Of a DNA stretch of 64,000 nt, positions 13,896-25,920 are shown piece after piece. The notes beneath the pieces are model-generated. The model ran no database searches and was not told the origin of the DNA. It saw only the letters and a program-made list of their open reading frames with translations. Origin of the DNA: Paraphysomonas bandaiensis. Lineage: Eukaryota > Protista > Chrysophyceae. How positions within the stretch are numbered: position 1 is the first letter of the stretch; each line of letters opens with the position of its first letter. The translations under genes and the position numbers were made by a program. The stretch covers positions 39,571-103,570 of the forward strand of contig CBFFRP010000026.1 of NCBI GenBank assembly GCA_965644295.1. The letters run 5' to 3'.

Positions 13896-15735
13896 AACAA
13901 TTAATATTAGATGCATAGTATACTACAATGGATGAAGCACACAGTATAATTTCTAGCTACTGACGATATATTAAATGCTGAAAAGTATCAAGTTTTCATG
14001 TATATATTCTTTCAGCGCCATGTAAGGTGAATAAAGTAAACACCAAGCGTAAACTGAAAATAATAGATCCCATGAAAGAATTGTATCTTTCGTCTCTAGC
14101 AAATCAAAAAAGAAGATCATATATGTATGGTATTATCTTATAATAATATTAATTAAGAGAACTAATAATATGGGATACATTGTTCAATCTACTACAAACG
14201 GTTGAAATATCTCCTCTCGATTTTGTGTAAGTAATAGTAATTTTGCCAATAGTAAGACATTCATCACTGTTTGATTCAGTTGATAACCTTCTTCTCGTTT
14301 GTAGAATTTGATTGAAAGGTGCGGGGCTTATAAATATTCATATACTATACTAGTTCAAGCTGGTGTATATGTGATGTTTCATAAACACAAATAAGGGAAT
14401 GTGGTACGAACTCCAATCATGCTATTAATTTATTAAATATGATACACATTTATCACGGAAAGCAGAAAAATATAATATAATGAACTACATCTGGCCTTCT
14501 GGATTAGTACAAAGTACAGAGACCTACCATACAACCCTACACCATACTTGCAATGTGGAGCGGTAACATGTTTCCATTATATTCTACAAAATCTATATAT
14601 TAAGATCTTTTATTTTAATTTTATTTTGTGCTACAAACAGGATAACTTTAACATTTTTTTCAACAATATAAAAACTTCCAACGATTGAATATAAAACCAA
14701 ACAAAACACGCGAGTTAGAATGTCATCTTATATAAAATTTACAAACTGAACAATTTCCGGGGAAATTCACTTCTGGAAAGTAACGTGAGATAACTTTGTG
14801 TTCGTTGCAGACTAATGCGTGTAGAGACGTCTCTTACCTTAAAAACTAAAACAGAAATTCCAAACTAGGTTCATCTGAAGGACATCCTTGTATTTTGGGG
14901 TGCATGTTAAAGTTAAACATTAGGGACTAGTTCATCTTTAAAATTCAAGAAACATTGTCAGCGGATGTTAGGTATATCAGTATTTTGCTTTGGGTGATCG
15001 ATGCCAATATTAGTTCATATTTTTCGGCATTTGTGTGACTAATGACCGAAGCAATGTGTGAAACGTTCGAATCAAAATGACAACGCATTTACACCTGCTA
15101 CACCTTACCACACGTCAACTGCCCAGTCTTGTTTCTCCTGACTCAGGCTCTGACATTTATAATAAGCCTCAAGTACTATACTCCAGGCAGTGTCTGGTAC
15201 AGTACATGCTTTGTACTCTTGGCAGCTTTTTCATCCGAACTGAGGAGGTGCACAGATACCTACTAGTGTAAGTCACTCCGGGTATGAGTTCAATGAAAAC
15301 GCTTGTGCTAGACGAGTAAAGTGCATATATTGGAGTCTGATTGAATAGTTTGCTCGGTGCGTCACCAGTAAGTTCACCAGTAAGTTTGCTTCGTGACCGC
15401 TGCTGCGAAGGCCACATTCTTGAAGGGTCCTGAAGATCTACCACATATAAATGAGCATACGCCTATGAATATGCTGCAATACAACTATACGGAAGTATTT
15501 AGTTCCACACACATCTTGTTAGACTATTCTACTACACCGCTAGAACAGTTTCGCAATAATACTGACGACTCTGCCTCGCAATACCGACATACTGACCACT
15601 ACAGCACCACCCCACACCAACTCACTCACTCACTCGCTATACACTCACCTCATTGTATGCATTTCATAGATATTGTAAAGGTGGTAGAGTGCAGTGGAGA
15701 TAAACGAGCATGCGCATACCGCATTGAGCAGCCAA

Positions 15736-16605
15736 TACCATCATCTAGATTACCATCATCTAGATTACCATCATCTAGATTACCATCATCTAGATTACCA
15801 TCATTTAGATTACCATCATCTAGATTACCATCATCTAGATTACCATCATCTAGATTGCCATCATTTAGATTACCATCATCTAGATTACCATCATCTAGAT
15901 TACCATCATCTAGATTACCATCATCTAGATTGCCATCATCTAGATTACCATCATCTAGATTACCATCATCTAGATTACCATCATCTAGATTACCATCATC
16001 TAGATTACCATCATCTAGATTACCATCATCTAGATTACCATCATCTAGATTACCATCATCTAGATTACCATCATTTAGATTACCATCATCTAGATTACCA
16101 TCATCTAGATTACCATCATCTAGATTACCATCATCTAGATTACCATCATCTAGATTACCATCATCTAGATTACCATCATCTAGATTACCATCATCTAGAT
16201 TACCATCATCTAGATTACCATCATCTAGATTACCATCATCTAGATTACCATCATCTAGATTACCATCATCTAGATTACCATCATCTAGATTACCATCATC
16301 TAGATTACCATCATCTAGATTACCATCATCTAGATTACCATCATCTAGATTACCATCATCTAGATTACCATCATCTAGATTACCATCATCTAGATTACCA
16401 TCATCTAGATTACCATCATCTAGATTACCATCATCTAGATTACCATCATCTAGATTACCATCATCTAGATTACCATCATCTAGATTACCATCATCTAGAT
16501 TACCATCATCTAGATTACCATCATCTAGATTACCATCATCTAGATTACCATCATCTAGATTACCATCATCTAGATTACCATCATCTAGATTACCATCATT
16601 TAGAT
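15736..16605. repeat. 15-bp tandem repeat (taccatcatctagat) x58
   Basis: Nearly homogeneous array of 870 bp with only a few C>T and A>G variant units. Confidence 0.98.
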
Positions 16606-16871
16606 CTCAGATCTGCATCATACGCACACGCCCAGAGACGAGTGCATCGGTCGACGATACGCATCCAGCATATGACACTGCTGTATGAAACAGTCACGGT
16701 ATACAGCCGTATACAGCTGAGCTGTTGTACGTTGCAGAGGTGCATATATATATATATATATATACTGCTGTATATACATACTGCTGTATATTATACAGTA
16801 TACCGCCGTATACAGAGGCCTTAGAGCAACTGACACAACATATGAGCACAGATCCATCACTATTTCGTAGA

Positions 16872-17711
16872 ATGCTAAGAACTGTTCAGAGTAGACGCGT
16901 GCTCATACAGGTTATTTCTCTCGTCATCTTAGTCGGCGCAGCTGCTGCTCGTCATCCTCTCTGTGACTTGTATGAGAGTCTTGGGCTCGCTTCAAGAGTA
17001 GATTCGAATGAACTCGAGGGATGGACATGCTCAGAGGAAGACATTGGGAACAGCTACTGCGATGGTTGGACAGGAGTTGAATGCTCATCTGGAAGTATTG
17101 TTACTTTAGATCTGTCTGATATGAATTTGGGCGGGACGATTCCGTCGAGCCTCGGCAGCTTGACTTCACTACGTAGACTATACCTCGATAACAACTTGCT
17201 ATCAGGAACGATTCCTAGTTCTATTACTGCTTTATCACGACTGCAGTGCCTTCAACTTAGTTTTAACAATATACGTGGTCCCGTACCAAGTGATATTGGA
17301 AACCTGGAAAAATTAGATAGACTTTACCTGTCCCATAACGAACTCACTGGAACCATTCCATCATCCCTTTCTATTCCAAAAAAATTACATCAAGTTGCTA
17401 TCGATAATAACATGCTCACTGGTGCACTGCCATCCGAGCTGAGTAAGATGGCCAAACGTGCTACTCTGGATTTCGCCTGGAACAGCTTGAGTGGTGTATT
17501 ACCGCAGGAGCTATGTAATGCAAAAAGTCTATTTGTGTTTGACAACGCAGGCATTATAAATAATTGCGACACATACTGCAGCATTACCGACGAAGCCTGC
17601 ATTGTTAGCAATGTCCATGCAGGTATGACGTTTGAATATCTCGTTATTTTACTCACATTCGCTGTAGGTATAGACTATGATGCCTTAGCTCCACCTATAA
17701 TCTCTATATGA
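16872..17711 (+). CDS. Secreted or membrane-associated leucine-rich-repeat protein (plant-type LRR)
   Basis: N-terminal hydrophobic segment; LRRNT-like C-x-W-x-GV-x-C (YCDGWTGVEC); repeated LxxLxLxxNxLSGTIPSS units; probable short intron at ~17623-17668. Confidence 0.85.
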   Translation: MLRTVQSRRVLIQVISLVILVGAAAARHPLCDLYESLGLASRVDSNELEGWTCSEEDIGNSYCDGWTGVECSSGSIVTLDLSDMNLGGTIPSSLGSLTSLRRLYLDNNLLSGTIPSSITALSRLQCLQLSFNNIRGPVPSDIGNLEKLDRLYLSHNELTGTIPSSLSIPKKLHQVAIDNNMLTGALPSELSKMAKRATLDFAWNSLSGVLPQELCNAKSLFVFDNAGIINNCDTYCSITDEACIVSNVHAGMTFEYLVILLTFAVGIDYDALAPPIISI

Positions 17712-18087
17712 ATAAGCTACATAACGATGCTTATAACGTTTCCTGGCATACTATGAGGGCGTATTGCTGTAGACTAGCTGCTACTATGGGATTGACTGTA
17801 GTTGATAGTCTCGCATGCTTTTATACTCGCTGTCTTGATTTTTGATTAGGCCATCAAGAAATGATATTTTTCTCTTTTCTTTAAAGTTATTGAGAAGTGA
17901 ATGCATACGAAAAGCCGTTGATGAAGTTGAGTTTCTAGATATAATTCATATATTGTATATGTCATATTTATTGGTTTTGCTTGTAAACCGCATCCAGTCG
18001 AAAAACCAAACTTGAATATAATGTTTCTTGAATTGTGTCAAAATCTAACACACCAATTAGCTTTGTTGGGAACACCTAGCTAGTTAT

Positions 18088-18527
18088 CAGGGCTGCGTAT
18101 CAATTAATTGTCAATTATTGAAATTGGGACAGCAAACCAAAATTGCAATATATAATTGAATCTAGCTTGCTTCAATAAATTGATAAAAAATACCACCAAT
18201 TTGGCAATGGCAGGTTGTTATAGAACAGCATTTTGTGATGAAAAATCCAATTTTTACGACAAAACCCGAAAGTTGGTTGAAGGCAATAAATCTATTGGAT
18301 TTGGTGGTGCGATAAGTATGGTATCACCTTCTAATAGAACAGGAAAGTGAACATCAGCTCGATCTCTACCAAGCGTTTGTATATTGTTTGACGAACTCAT
18401 AACAAGGCACCCGATTGTCGAGCGTCATCTGGGTGACAATTCTGCTATTATTTATAACACTGCTTTTCGAAAGGCAGTCGTGAAGATTCAAAGTGGCATT
18501 GAAGTCTCACCTACCCGGATCGAGTAA
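18088..18527 (+). pseudogene. hAT-like transposase remnant
   Basis: CAGGGCTG-type terminus at 18088. Frameshifted ILFDELITRHPIVERHLGDNSAIIYNTAFRKAVVKIQSG resembles the C-terminal part of stramenopile hAT-like transposases. No matching right TIR seen. Confidence 0.55.
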
Positions 18528-19808
18528 CATTTAACTAAACGAAAATACGAATGAAAGATTTCGGTAATATAGCGAAAAAACAACTCAAAGTGAAACAATA
18601 ACAAAAGTAAAAAAGTGTGAAGACAAAATGAAATACATCCATTAACATGAGTAGAATAACTAAATACATTATTGTCGCGGTGAATATTGCAGTGCAGCGG
18701 ACATTGGCTCTCCTAGCATTGCACATACAACGCGTTTGTGCTAGGATTGATCCCGGAGCCGTCTCTGTTGATAAATGTGCATCACCAGAAAATTCGTCTT
18801 GAGAATTATGAGGGGTTCCTTCCTCCAATCAAAGCCGTCATGTTGTGAATTTTGGTCACCAGCTCATCCAACCTGCGGCTATCTACCTACTTGGTTGACT
18901 TCCTGTTCTTCACTGCGCTCCTGGGGTTCAACTGCAACCTACTTCCTCATTCTTTAAACAGCTGATGAAAGGATGCAGAATAGTGCTAGAGCGCTCATTT
19001 TCACGGTGGTTGAACCAATTAGCTCTGCTGATGGTAATGGTGGGCAGCGCTATTGAACAGCAGACAGAACTTCCCTTTCCAGCGAATACGCTTTGTCTCA
19101 CGGGTACCCTCAACATCTTCTGTAGGCACCTGCCGTTCTTCAGAAGTGATACCATGCACATTTTTAGCCGCTGTTGATCGACCACATCGCACATACGTTG
19201 AAGAAGTTTCGATCGAATTTTCATATTTTTGGGTTCAACGGCAGGACTGAGATCAATAGCAGCCAATCAGACTACAGAAGGCCAAGTCATTGTTTTCTTA
19301 AAGACGTTGATAGTACAGATCTTATGAAATGAGTCATTAACAAAAATCTGTTAACCTGCTGACATGACTGTGTTGAATCGGGCAGCGGTGAGCCTCTCGA
19401 GAGTATTTCTGAACCCTAAACTTGAGAATGTTTTCCTGGGTTGCTGAGGTTGCTATTCCCTCTAGCAAAGAGGCCTGATATACACCCATATAATATACGC
19501 ACTGTATGCTCTTCATTTGTGTACTTCGATGCGCAGAGTGAGGAGACACTTTCGAATGGCTTCAAATAGAGCCCTTAGCATTGTGGGCCCTCCTCTGTCG
19601 ATGGTGTGGGGTGCCGCTAGAGACAGCTTCAAATACTTCTCCAATTAGTAGGGTGTGGCTCTGAGGATTCGGTTGCATTCCATGCATGTTTCCAGTGTTA
19701 CAACTTCACGATAAGCAGGATGATCTTCTTCTCTGTGCAGCAGCAGCAGCAGCAGCAGTATGTTTATGTTGATGTTTATCATATTCTTATTTTTCCGAAA
19801 AAAATCTA

Positions 19809-22800
19809 GTTTTTCTAAACGGTCGAAACTATGTAAAATTGTGTAAATTACGTATTATTAGAGTATGTATTTTGTATATACGGTTGCTGGTATACTGGCA
19901 GGAGTGTGTTAGATGTGAGGGTCATGTGACCATAAATAGACACACAGACAGTCTATTGTGGGGTGAAATTATGACCCAACCTGCAGATTAAAACAAAGGA
20001 CGATTGATGGAGTCGTTAATGGACTGACTTGACTTCACTGTACCGCAAGCTTCATGCTGTGCAAGACCAGTACGATGACTTTTAACCGCTTGAGACAACT
20101 GCTTCATGTGTGTGGTTATTGCCTTAAGAAGAGACAGTGAAGTGGAAGAGGACCCTTACAAGAGGATAAAATACTGCTTGAGTCGTTATTTTGCAGAAGG
20201 TATGCTCAGTGTGCATCCTGTGAAGTTCTCCCGATAATTCAAGGATTCAAGTAATGTGACCGTTAGCATCTTCAATATCCATCAATGGGGGACAGCGTTC
20301 ATATTAGTATTATCAATGCATGCAATTAATAGAAAAAATATTTTGGGTAAATTATTTCCTATATATACACCTCTGTATCAGCATCGTGCTCCAGAAGTTG
20401 TCTCGGTGTAAGATCGGTACTTCTTATATACCACATACCGCAGAGTGACTGCTGTGTAAGTGTTCTGGATTGAGAGTAATGCTCTTAGGGTGTAATGCGC
20501 AGGTAACCAACTCTGGCCAACGGTGGTGCCCCATCCAGAACTATACTTCCAGCGACTCGCCAGGTATTGTGGATAAACAAGATTACACGTCACCTCATGA
20601 TAATAAACTTCTGACAAACAAAACTGCTGCGACTTCTCTGGAAATTATCCTTCTTGATGAGTATTATGTATATTACGTACTGGCGGTAATGCATACCGTA
20701 CAACTGACAATGCACAACTGTATATCGATTGTTGCACAAATCACACAGACAGTATGTATATATATAATATCGATTACACGAATCACACTGACAGTATGTA
20801 TATATCAGTTGTTATTATATTTAAATACTTCCGGTATTAATGTCATAAGACAGCGAATACTAAAAACCTTATTCTTTACTTATAATATATATCACTTCCG
20901 AATACAGCTACCAACGATTTAATTTTCCTAATCTGTTAGCCAAAGTATTGATATTAAGATCATTAGGCCGCGCTGGCTTTCTATCGTATATTAAGTCTAA
21001 CAAAATAGGGTATGTTGCATCAAACACTGAGCTACTATTCTGCATAGTAATTTCACCATCACCTCGTATGATACCTTTCTCCATTGCTAATCGAACAAGT
21101 GTTCGCATTACCTTGGAAGTTCGACTGCAGTTTGTGCTGCTACTCTTCCCCACGCAATGTTGCAGAGGTCGAACATACCGCAAGGGACCAATCTCATCGC
21201 GAGAATTGCCAAACCACCACAAACCCCACATTGTCCATACGTTGTAGGAAGGAAACTCAAACTTCTCCTTAGCAAAGTCTGAGCGTAGTCTCATGAAAGC
21301 ATCTCTAGAAGGAGCTGACAATGAAGAACCTTGGTAAACATTACCTGACTCCAAGCGCTCAATCATTTTGTTCTGTTGCTGAGACATCTGCTGAATTGAC
21401 TCCGTTAGTGTTTTGATGGGACCATTATCGTTGCTTAAAGCCGCTGATATCATTTCCAATATATCCTCCTTCCGAATTTCGACGGCTCCTTCAACTCTTA
21501 CTCTCTTAAGAATTTCATTCACAATTTCTGTAGGTAACTCCCTCAGTTTTTGAGAAAGAGTCTCTTCGACAACACCCAAACGCTGCAACACTGATGATTT
21601 ATCTTTATCTACTTCCGCCTTGAAGTTTCTTATCTCTCTTGATATCAAGATAATACCAGGTACACCTTCAGCGCTCATTCCTGTATCAGTGCAGTACTGG
21701 TGACACAAAAGTACTTTATCCTTCAACGAGTTTAGAAGTGTAGGGTCTGTGAATATTGGCTGGCAGTGAATTGGATGTCGGGGATGGTATAGCCGTTTAA
21801 TGTTTCCTTCATGATGATGATAAACAAGACTAGCAAACAGCATTCTAATAATTCTTTGGAATCCCTCACAGTAGTAGTTATAGCTAGGTAAGATGTTGCC
21901 CCATCCATACTCATTTAACTGAATAACAGCAGCATTGCACCAATGTGGTGGAAGTACATCAAATTCGTCAGCGTTAAGTTTTAGTTGAGCTACCGTTCGC
22001 CCCACTAGCGCATCACCATCATCTTCGGAGAACATGTAGCAGTCCTGTGTTCTGCCTACACCTTGCCCTGCTCGAAGACACACTTGCGTTCTACTAGGGC
22101 CATCAATCCTCGAAACTGATGTCGACTCGGCAAATTTCCGGTTACTGTGAGTGCCGATATCTTCCCGAGCACAACCAAGATCCAACGAGGAGTCGATGTC
22201 CTTTTCCACTGCTTGAACTAATAGATTGTAGTATCTTTTCTCTTGGTCAGCCCCATCAAATACATATTCAGCATCTTCCGTACTTGTACAGTGCTTACAC
22301 CACACATAAACAGCTAAGTCTAGAATAACACAAACTTCTGGCATAAATGGATTTGCGTATAAACGTTTCATATCTGTAGTTTTGGTGCCAGTTTGGTCCA
22401 CTTTAGTAGTGCCAAAAACAATAGTTAGGGCATCGTTTATCCAATCCATGTTGCATGTTAAGATGTCGTCAATATTATCGGAACGACCAATTGTATTCAC
22501 TGACAACTTAGTGAATAGGGAGGCAAATAACCCTTCATGCCAAGACTGGCTTCTGGCAGTTGGAATCTTGCTCATGAAATGGGCACAAATGGTTTTGTAT
22601 CCGTATAGGTTATAGGGAAGTTTGCCGTCTCGAACTTTCATAATTCCGTTTCTTTTCTTCAGCCCTATATCCCTCTTATATGTAGCAATAGCCGCACATA
22701 TAGCTCTGTCAACCTCTACTGGCCAAACATGACCAACTTTACTCATATTCGGACTATCATATTCGTGCCACCAACGCAGAGCACTCTTATAATTTTGATA

Positions 22801-23519
22801 CGTTTGTGCGCTTACAGTAACAACATTTTGTCCGGGATTAAGATCTCTTTCATTCATTATACTATCGCCAGTTGAAGGAGCGCTAGTAGTGCATGCATTC
22901 TCTTGATTGATCTCGAATGAACTTCGCTTCTTCTTTCGCCGACTTGATTTCGCTAGGTGCCTGTTGATTGAGATGTATGCGAACAAAAGTTTTGCGGTGT
23001 CTGCAGACATTGGAAGTTTCAGGACATATATATGCTTGGCGTCACCCGTATGCTTTCTAACATCCCCATCAACAATTTCCAATGCTTCGTTTCGAATTGC
23101 AGGCTCCGCTTCATTCAGCAGTCCTGTCATAACTCGCAATTTGGATAAGTAGTGGGACTGTGTTGCTTTCATGACATTTCGTTCTGCCTGACCCTGAATA
23201 ACGTGTTCTAATGCGGCTCGATTCATCACTTTGTCTTGATGACCAATGTCAAAGTATATATATATCTTATGAACATCATAACAGCAAGATCATAGCTGCA
23301 AGATCGCACAAAAACAAACCGTTTGTGGCACTTTTCGGAGTCAAAAACTGGCGATTTTTTTAGTTTAGGTTGTGTAATTCATTTTACATAGTTCTTCTAG
23401 TTTCGCTAAACCCAAAAACTCACACACACTACAATAGAGAATAATTTTTTCTCGTGTAAATTATTTTACACAACTCCCAAAAATCCTGCCTTTAGTTTTA
23501 CATAGATCGGTGGGTTTTC
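19809..23519 (-). mobile_element. Crypton-like tyrosine-recombinase DNA transposon, full-length copy (3711 bp)
   Basis: Ends defined by comparison with copies 2 and 3. 6-bp near-direct terminal repeats GTTTTT (19809-19814) and GTTTTC (23514-23519); no LTR or long TIR; single YR ORF. Confidence 0.85.
20908..23226 (-). CDS. Crypton-type tyrosine recombinase (772 aa from ATG 23226), intronless
   Basis: YKSALRWW helix, GRSDN (R), TTKVDQTG (K), GTHSNRK (HxxR), LRAGQGVGRTQDCY (catalytic Y), ANPFMPEVCVIL, FDVLPPHW and a C-terminal FEFPSYNVWTMWGLWWFG...GPLR domain, as in Crypton-family proteins. Confidence 0.88.
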   Translation of the reverse strand: MNRAALEHVIQGQAERNVMKATQSHYLSKLRVMTGLLNEAEPAIRNEALEIVDGDVRKHTGDAKHIYVLKLPMSADTAKLLFAYISINRHLAKSSRRKKKRSSFEINQENACTTSAPSTGDSIMNERDLNPGQNVVTVSAQTYQNYKSALRWWHEYDSPNMSKVGHVWPVEVDRAICAAIATYKRDIGLKKRNGIMKVRDGKLPYNLYGYKTICAHFMSKIPTARSQSWHEGLFASLFTKLSVNTIGRSDNIDDILTCNMDWINDALTIVFGTTKVDQTGTKTTDMKRLYANPFMPEVCVILDLAVYVWCKHCTSTEDAEYVFDGADQEKRYYNLLVQAVEKDIDSSLDLGCAREDIGTHSNRKFAESTSVSRIDGPSRTQVCLRAGQGVGRTQDCYMFSEDDGDALVGRTVAQLKLNADEFDVLPPHWCNAAVIQLNEYGWGNILPSYNYYCEGFQRIIRMLFASLVYHHHEGNIKRLYHPRHPIHCQPIFTDPTLLNSLKDKVLLCHQYCTDTGMSAEGVPGIILISREIRNFKAEVDKDKSSVLQRLGVVEETLSQKLRELPTEIVNEILKRVRVEGAVEIRKEDILEMISAALSNDNGPIKTLTESIQQMSQQQNKMIERLESGNVYQGSSLSAPSRDAFMRLRSDFAKEKFEFPSYNVWTMWGLWWFGNSRDEIGPLRYVRPLQHCVGKSSSTNCSRTSKVMRTLVRLAMEKGIIRGDGEITMQNSSSVFDATYPILLDLIYDRKPARPNDLNINTLANRLGKLNRW

Positions 23520-24473
23520 GTATGTACATACTGCTGTACATACTGTACATACATACTGTACATACATACTGTACATACATACTGTACTGTACCTGGCATA
23601 GAGCGATAAAAGAATCGCGTTATATCGCGAGTGGCATCCTGCTCTGTACACAGCGCACAGCGCACAGCACAGATATACTCACATCAGCCAGGTACTGACA
23701 CAACAATCACTTAAGCCGGTTATCGTGATTGTCTGAGCAGCTCAGTGATGAGATGAAGCACTCTGACATTGATGATTTCATCCTCTATCTAGCATACAGA
23801 CATAGATAGACGGCTGCGATGGAAGGGACTACACGAGAGCGATTCCCGTTCCGACTGATCCTGACTCTTCACGATCTGTCCCATGTAAGGCCCTGTCTAC
23901 CCATCATATGATACCATATCTCCATATGGTGCATCTATGTGTGTTATATCTCCATATGGTGCATCTCTGTGTGTTATATCTCCATACGGTACATCTCTGT
24001 GTGTTATATCTCCATATAGTGCATCTATGTGTGTTATATCACTGTGTCGTATATTATTGCGTGGTACAGCACCATATGTTATATTGCTGGATAGTACATC
24101 ACTCTATGCAATGTCACTAAATGGTATATCACCATGTCTTCTCACTACTATATTTTTTCTGATTGATATGTGTCATTACTAAATGAGTCATCACAATACG
24201 TCATATCAGGTACCGACAGCTAGTTTTTTCTCTAGAAGTGGTGCGGTGCATGTACGTGTTGTCGCCCAGCGTACCACTCTAGCGAAGAGCTCTGCTGTAC
24301 GTCGCGGAGCAGTAGGAGGGACAGGAGGGGTGAAATGGGAGGGAGGGTGTAAACTCTCTGTCTCACTGTTGCACACCTCCTTTATCCTTCACTTGGTTAT
24401 ATGTGACTCAGATGGAGCGCATATAGGGAGGGCCTCGCTGGATGTCAGGACGGTCACCAGAGATGTGACTGCT
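23520..24473 (+). repeat. Duplicated host segment (upstream region, exon 1, intron 1 and part of exon 2 of the C2-like gene)
   Basis: Near-identical to 28682-29635 (offset 5162; one difference seen near 23662/28824). Joined to Crypton sequence via ctgct microhomology. Confidence 0.95.
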
Positions 24474-25920
24474 CGAAGACACACTTGCGTTCTACTAGGG
24501 CCATCAATCCTCGAAACTGATGTCGACTCGGCAAATTTCCGGTTACTGTGAGTGCCGATATCTTCCCGAGCACAACCAAGATCCAACGAGGAGTCGATGT
24601 CCTTTTCCACTGCTTGAACTAATAGATTGTAGTATCTTTTCTCTTGGTCAGCCCCATCAAATACATATTCAGCATCTTCCGTACTTGTACAGTGCTTACA
24701 CCACACATAAACAGCTAAGTCTAGAATAACACAAACTTCTGGCATAAATGGATTTGCGTATAAACGTTTCATATCTGTAGTTTTGGTGCCAGTTTGGTCC
24801 ACTTTAGTAGTGCCAAAAACAATAGTTAGGGCATCGTTTATCCAATCCATGTTGCATGTTAAGATGTCGTCAATATTATCGGAACGACCAATTGTATTCA
24901 CTGACAACTTAGTGAATAGGGAGGCAAATAACCCTTCATGCCAAGACTGGCTTCTGGCAGTTGGAATCTTGCTCATGAAATGGGCACAAATGGTTTTGTA
25001 TCCGTATAGGTTATAGGGAAGTTTGCCGTCTCGAACTTTCATAATTCCGTTTCTTTTCTTCAGCCCTATATCCCTCTTATATGTAGCAATAGCCGCACAT
25101 ATAGCTCTGTCAACCTCTACTGGCCAAACATGACCAACTTTACTCATATTGGGACTATCATATTCGTGCCACCAACGCAGAGCACTCTTATAATTTTGAT
25201 ACGTTTGTGCGCTTACAGTAACAACATTTTGTCCGGGATTAAGATCTCTTTCATTCATTATACTATCGCCAGTTGAAGGAGCGCTAGTAGTGCATGCATT
25301 CTCTTGATTGATCTCGAATGAACTTCGCTTCTTCTTTCGCCGACTTGATTTCGCTAGGTGCCTGTTGATTGAGATGTATGCGAACAAAAGTTTTGCGGTG
25401 TCTGCAGACATTGGAAGTTTCAGGACATATATATGCTTGGCGTCACCCGTATGCTTTCTAACATCCCCATCAACAATTTCCAATGCTTCGTTTCGAATTG
25501 CAGGCTCCGCTTCATTCAGCAGTCCTGTCATAACTCGCAATTTGGATAAGTAGTGGGACTGTGTTGCTTTCATGACATTTCGTTCTGCCTGACCCTGAAT
25601 AACGTGTTCTAATGCGGCTCGTTTCATCACTTTGTCTTGATGACCAATGTCAAAGTATATATATATCTTATGAACATCATAACAGCAAGATCATAGCTGC
25701 AAGATCGCACAAAAACAAACCGTTTGTGGCACTTTTCGGAGTCAAAAACTGGCGATTTTTTTAGTTTAGGTTGTGTAATTCATTTTACATAGTTCTTCTA
25801 GTTTCGCTAAACCCAAAAACTCACACACACTACAATAGAGAATAATTTTTTCTCGTGTAAATTATTTTACACAACTCCCAAAAATCCTGCCTTTAGTTTT
25901 ACATAGATCGGTGGGTTTTT
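24469..25920 (-). mobile_element. Crypton-like copy 2, truncated (ORF 24389-25627 lacks the catalytic Tyr)
   Basis: Near-identical to 22068-23519 (offset 2401). The ORF diverges after ...VCLRA into host antisense sequence. Confidence 0.9.

Noticed and set aside
15060-15735. Possible spliced minus-strand gene spanning the 15-bp array (donor-like gtgagt near 15647)
   Set aside because: I could not build a consistent stop-free exon chain or recognise any protein motif.
15393-16824. 431-aa (LPSSR)n and 376-aa (DYHHL)n ORFs as genes
   Set aside because: The open frames follow from a stop-free 15-bp unit; non-ATG starts and no synonymous variation pattern. Kept only as a low-interest finding.
19815-20907. 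Second gene within the Crypton 3' region (ORFs 20378-20617 and 20470-20922)
   Set aside because: Short, no recognisable motifs, and the copies are too similar to show coding constraint.
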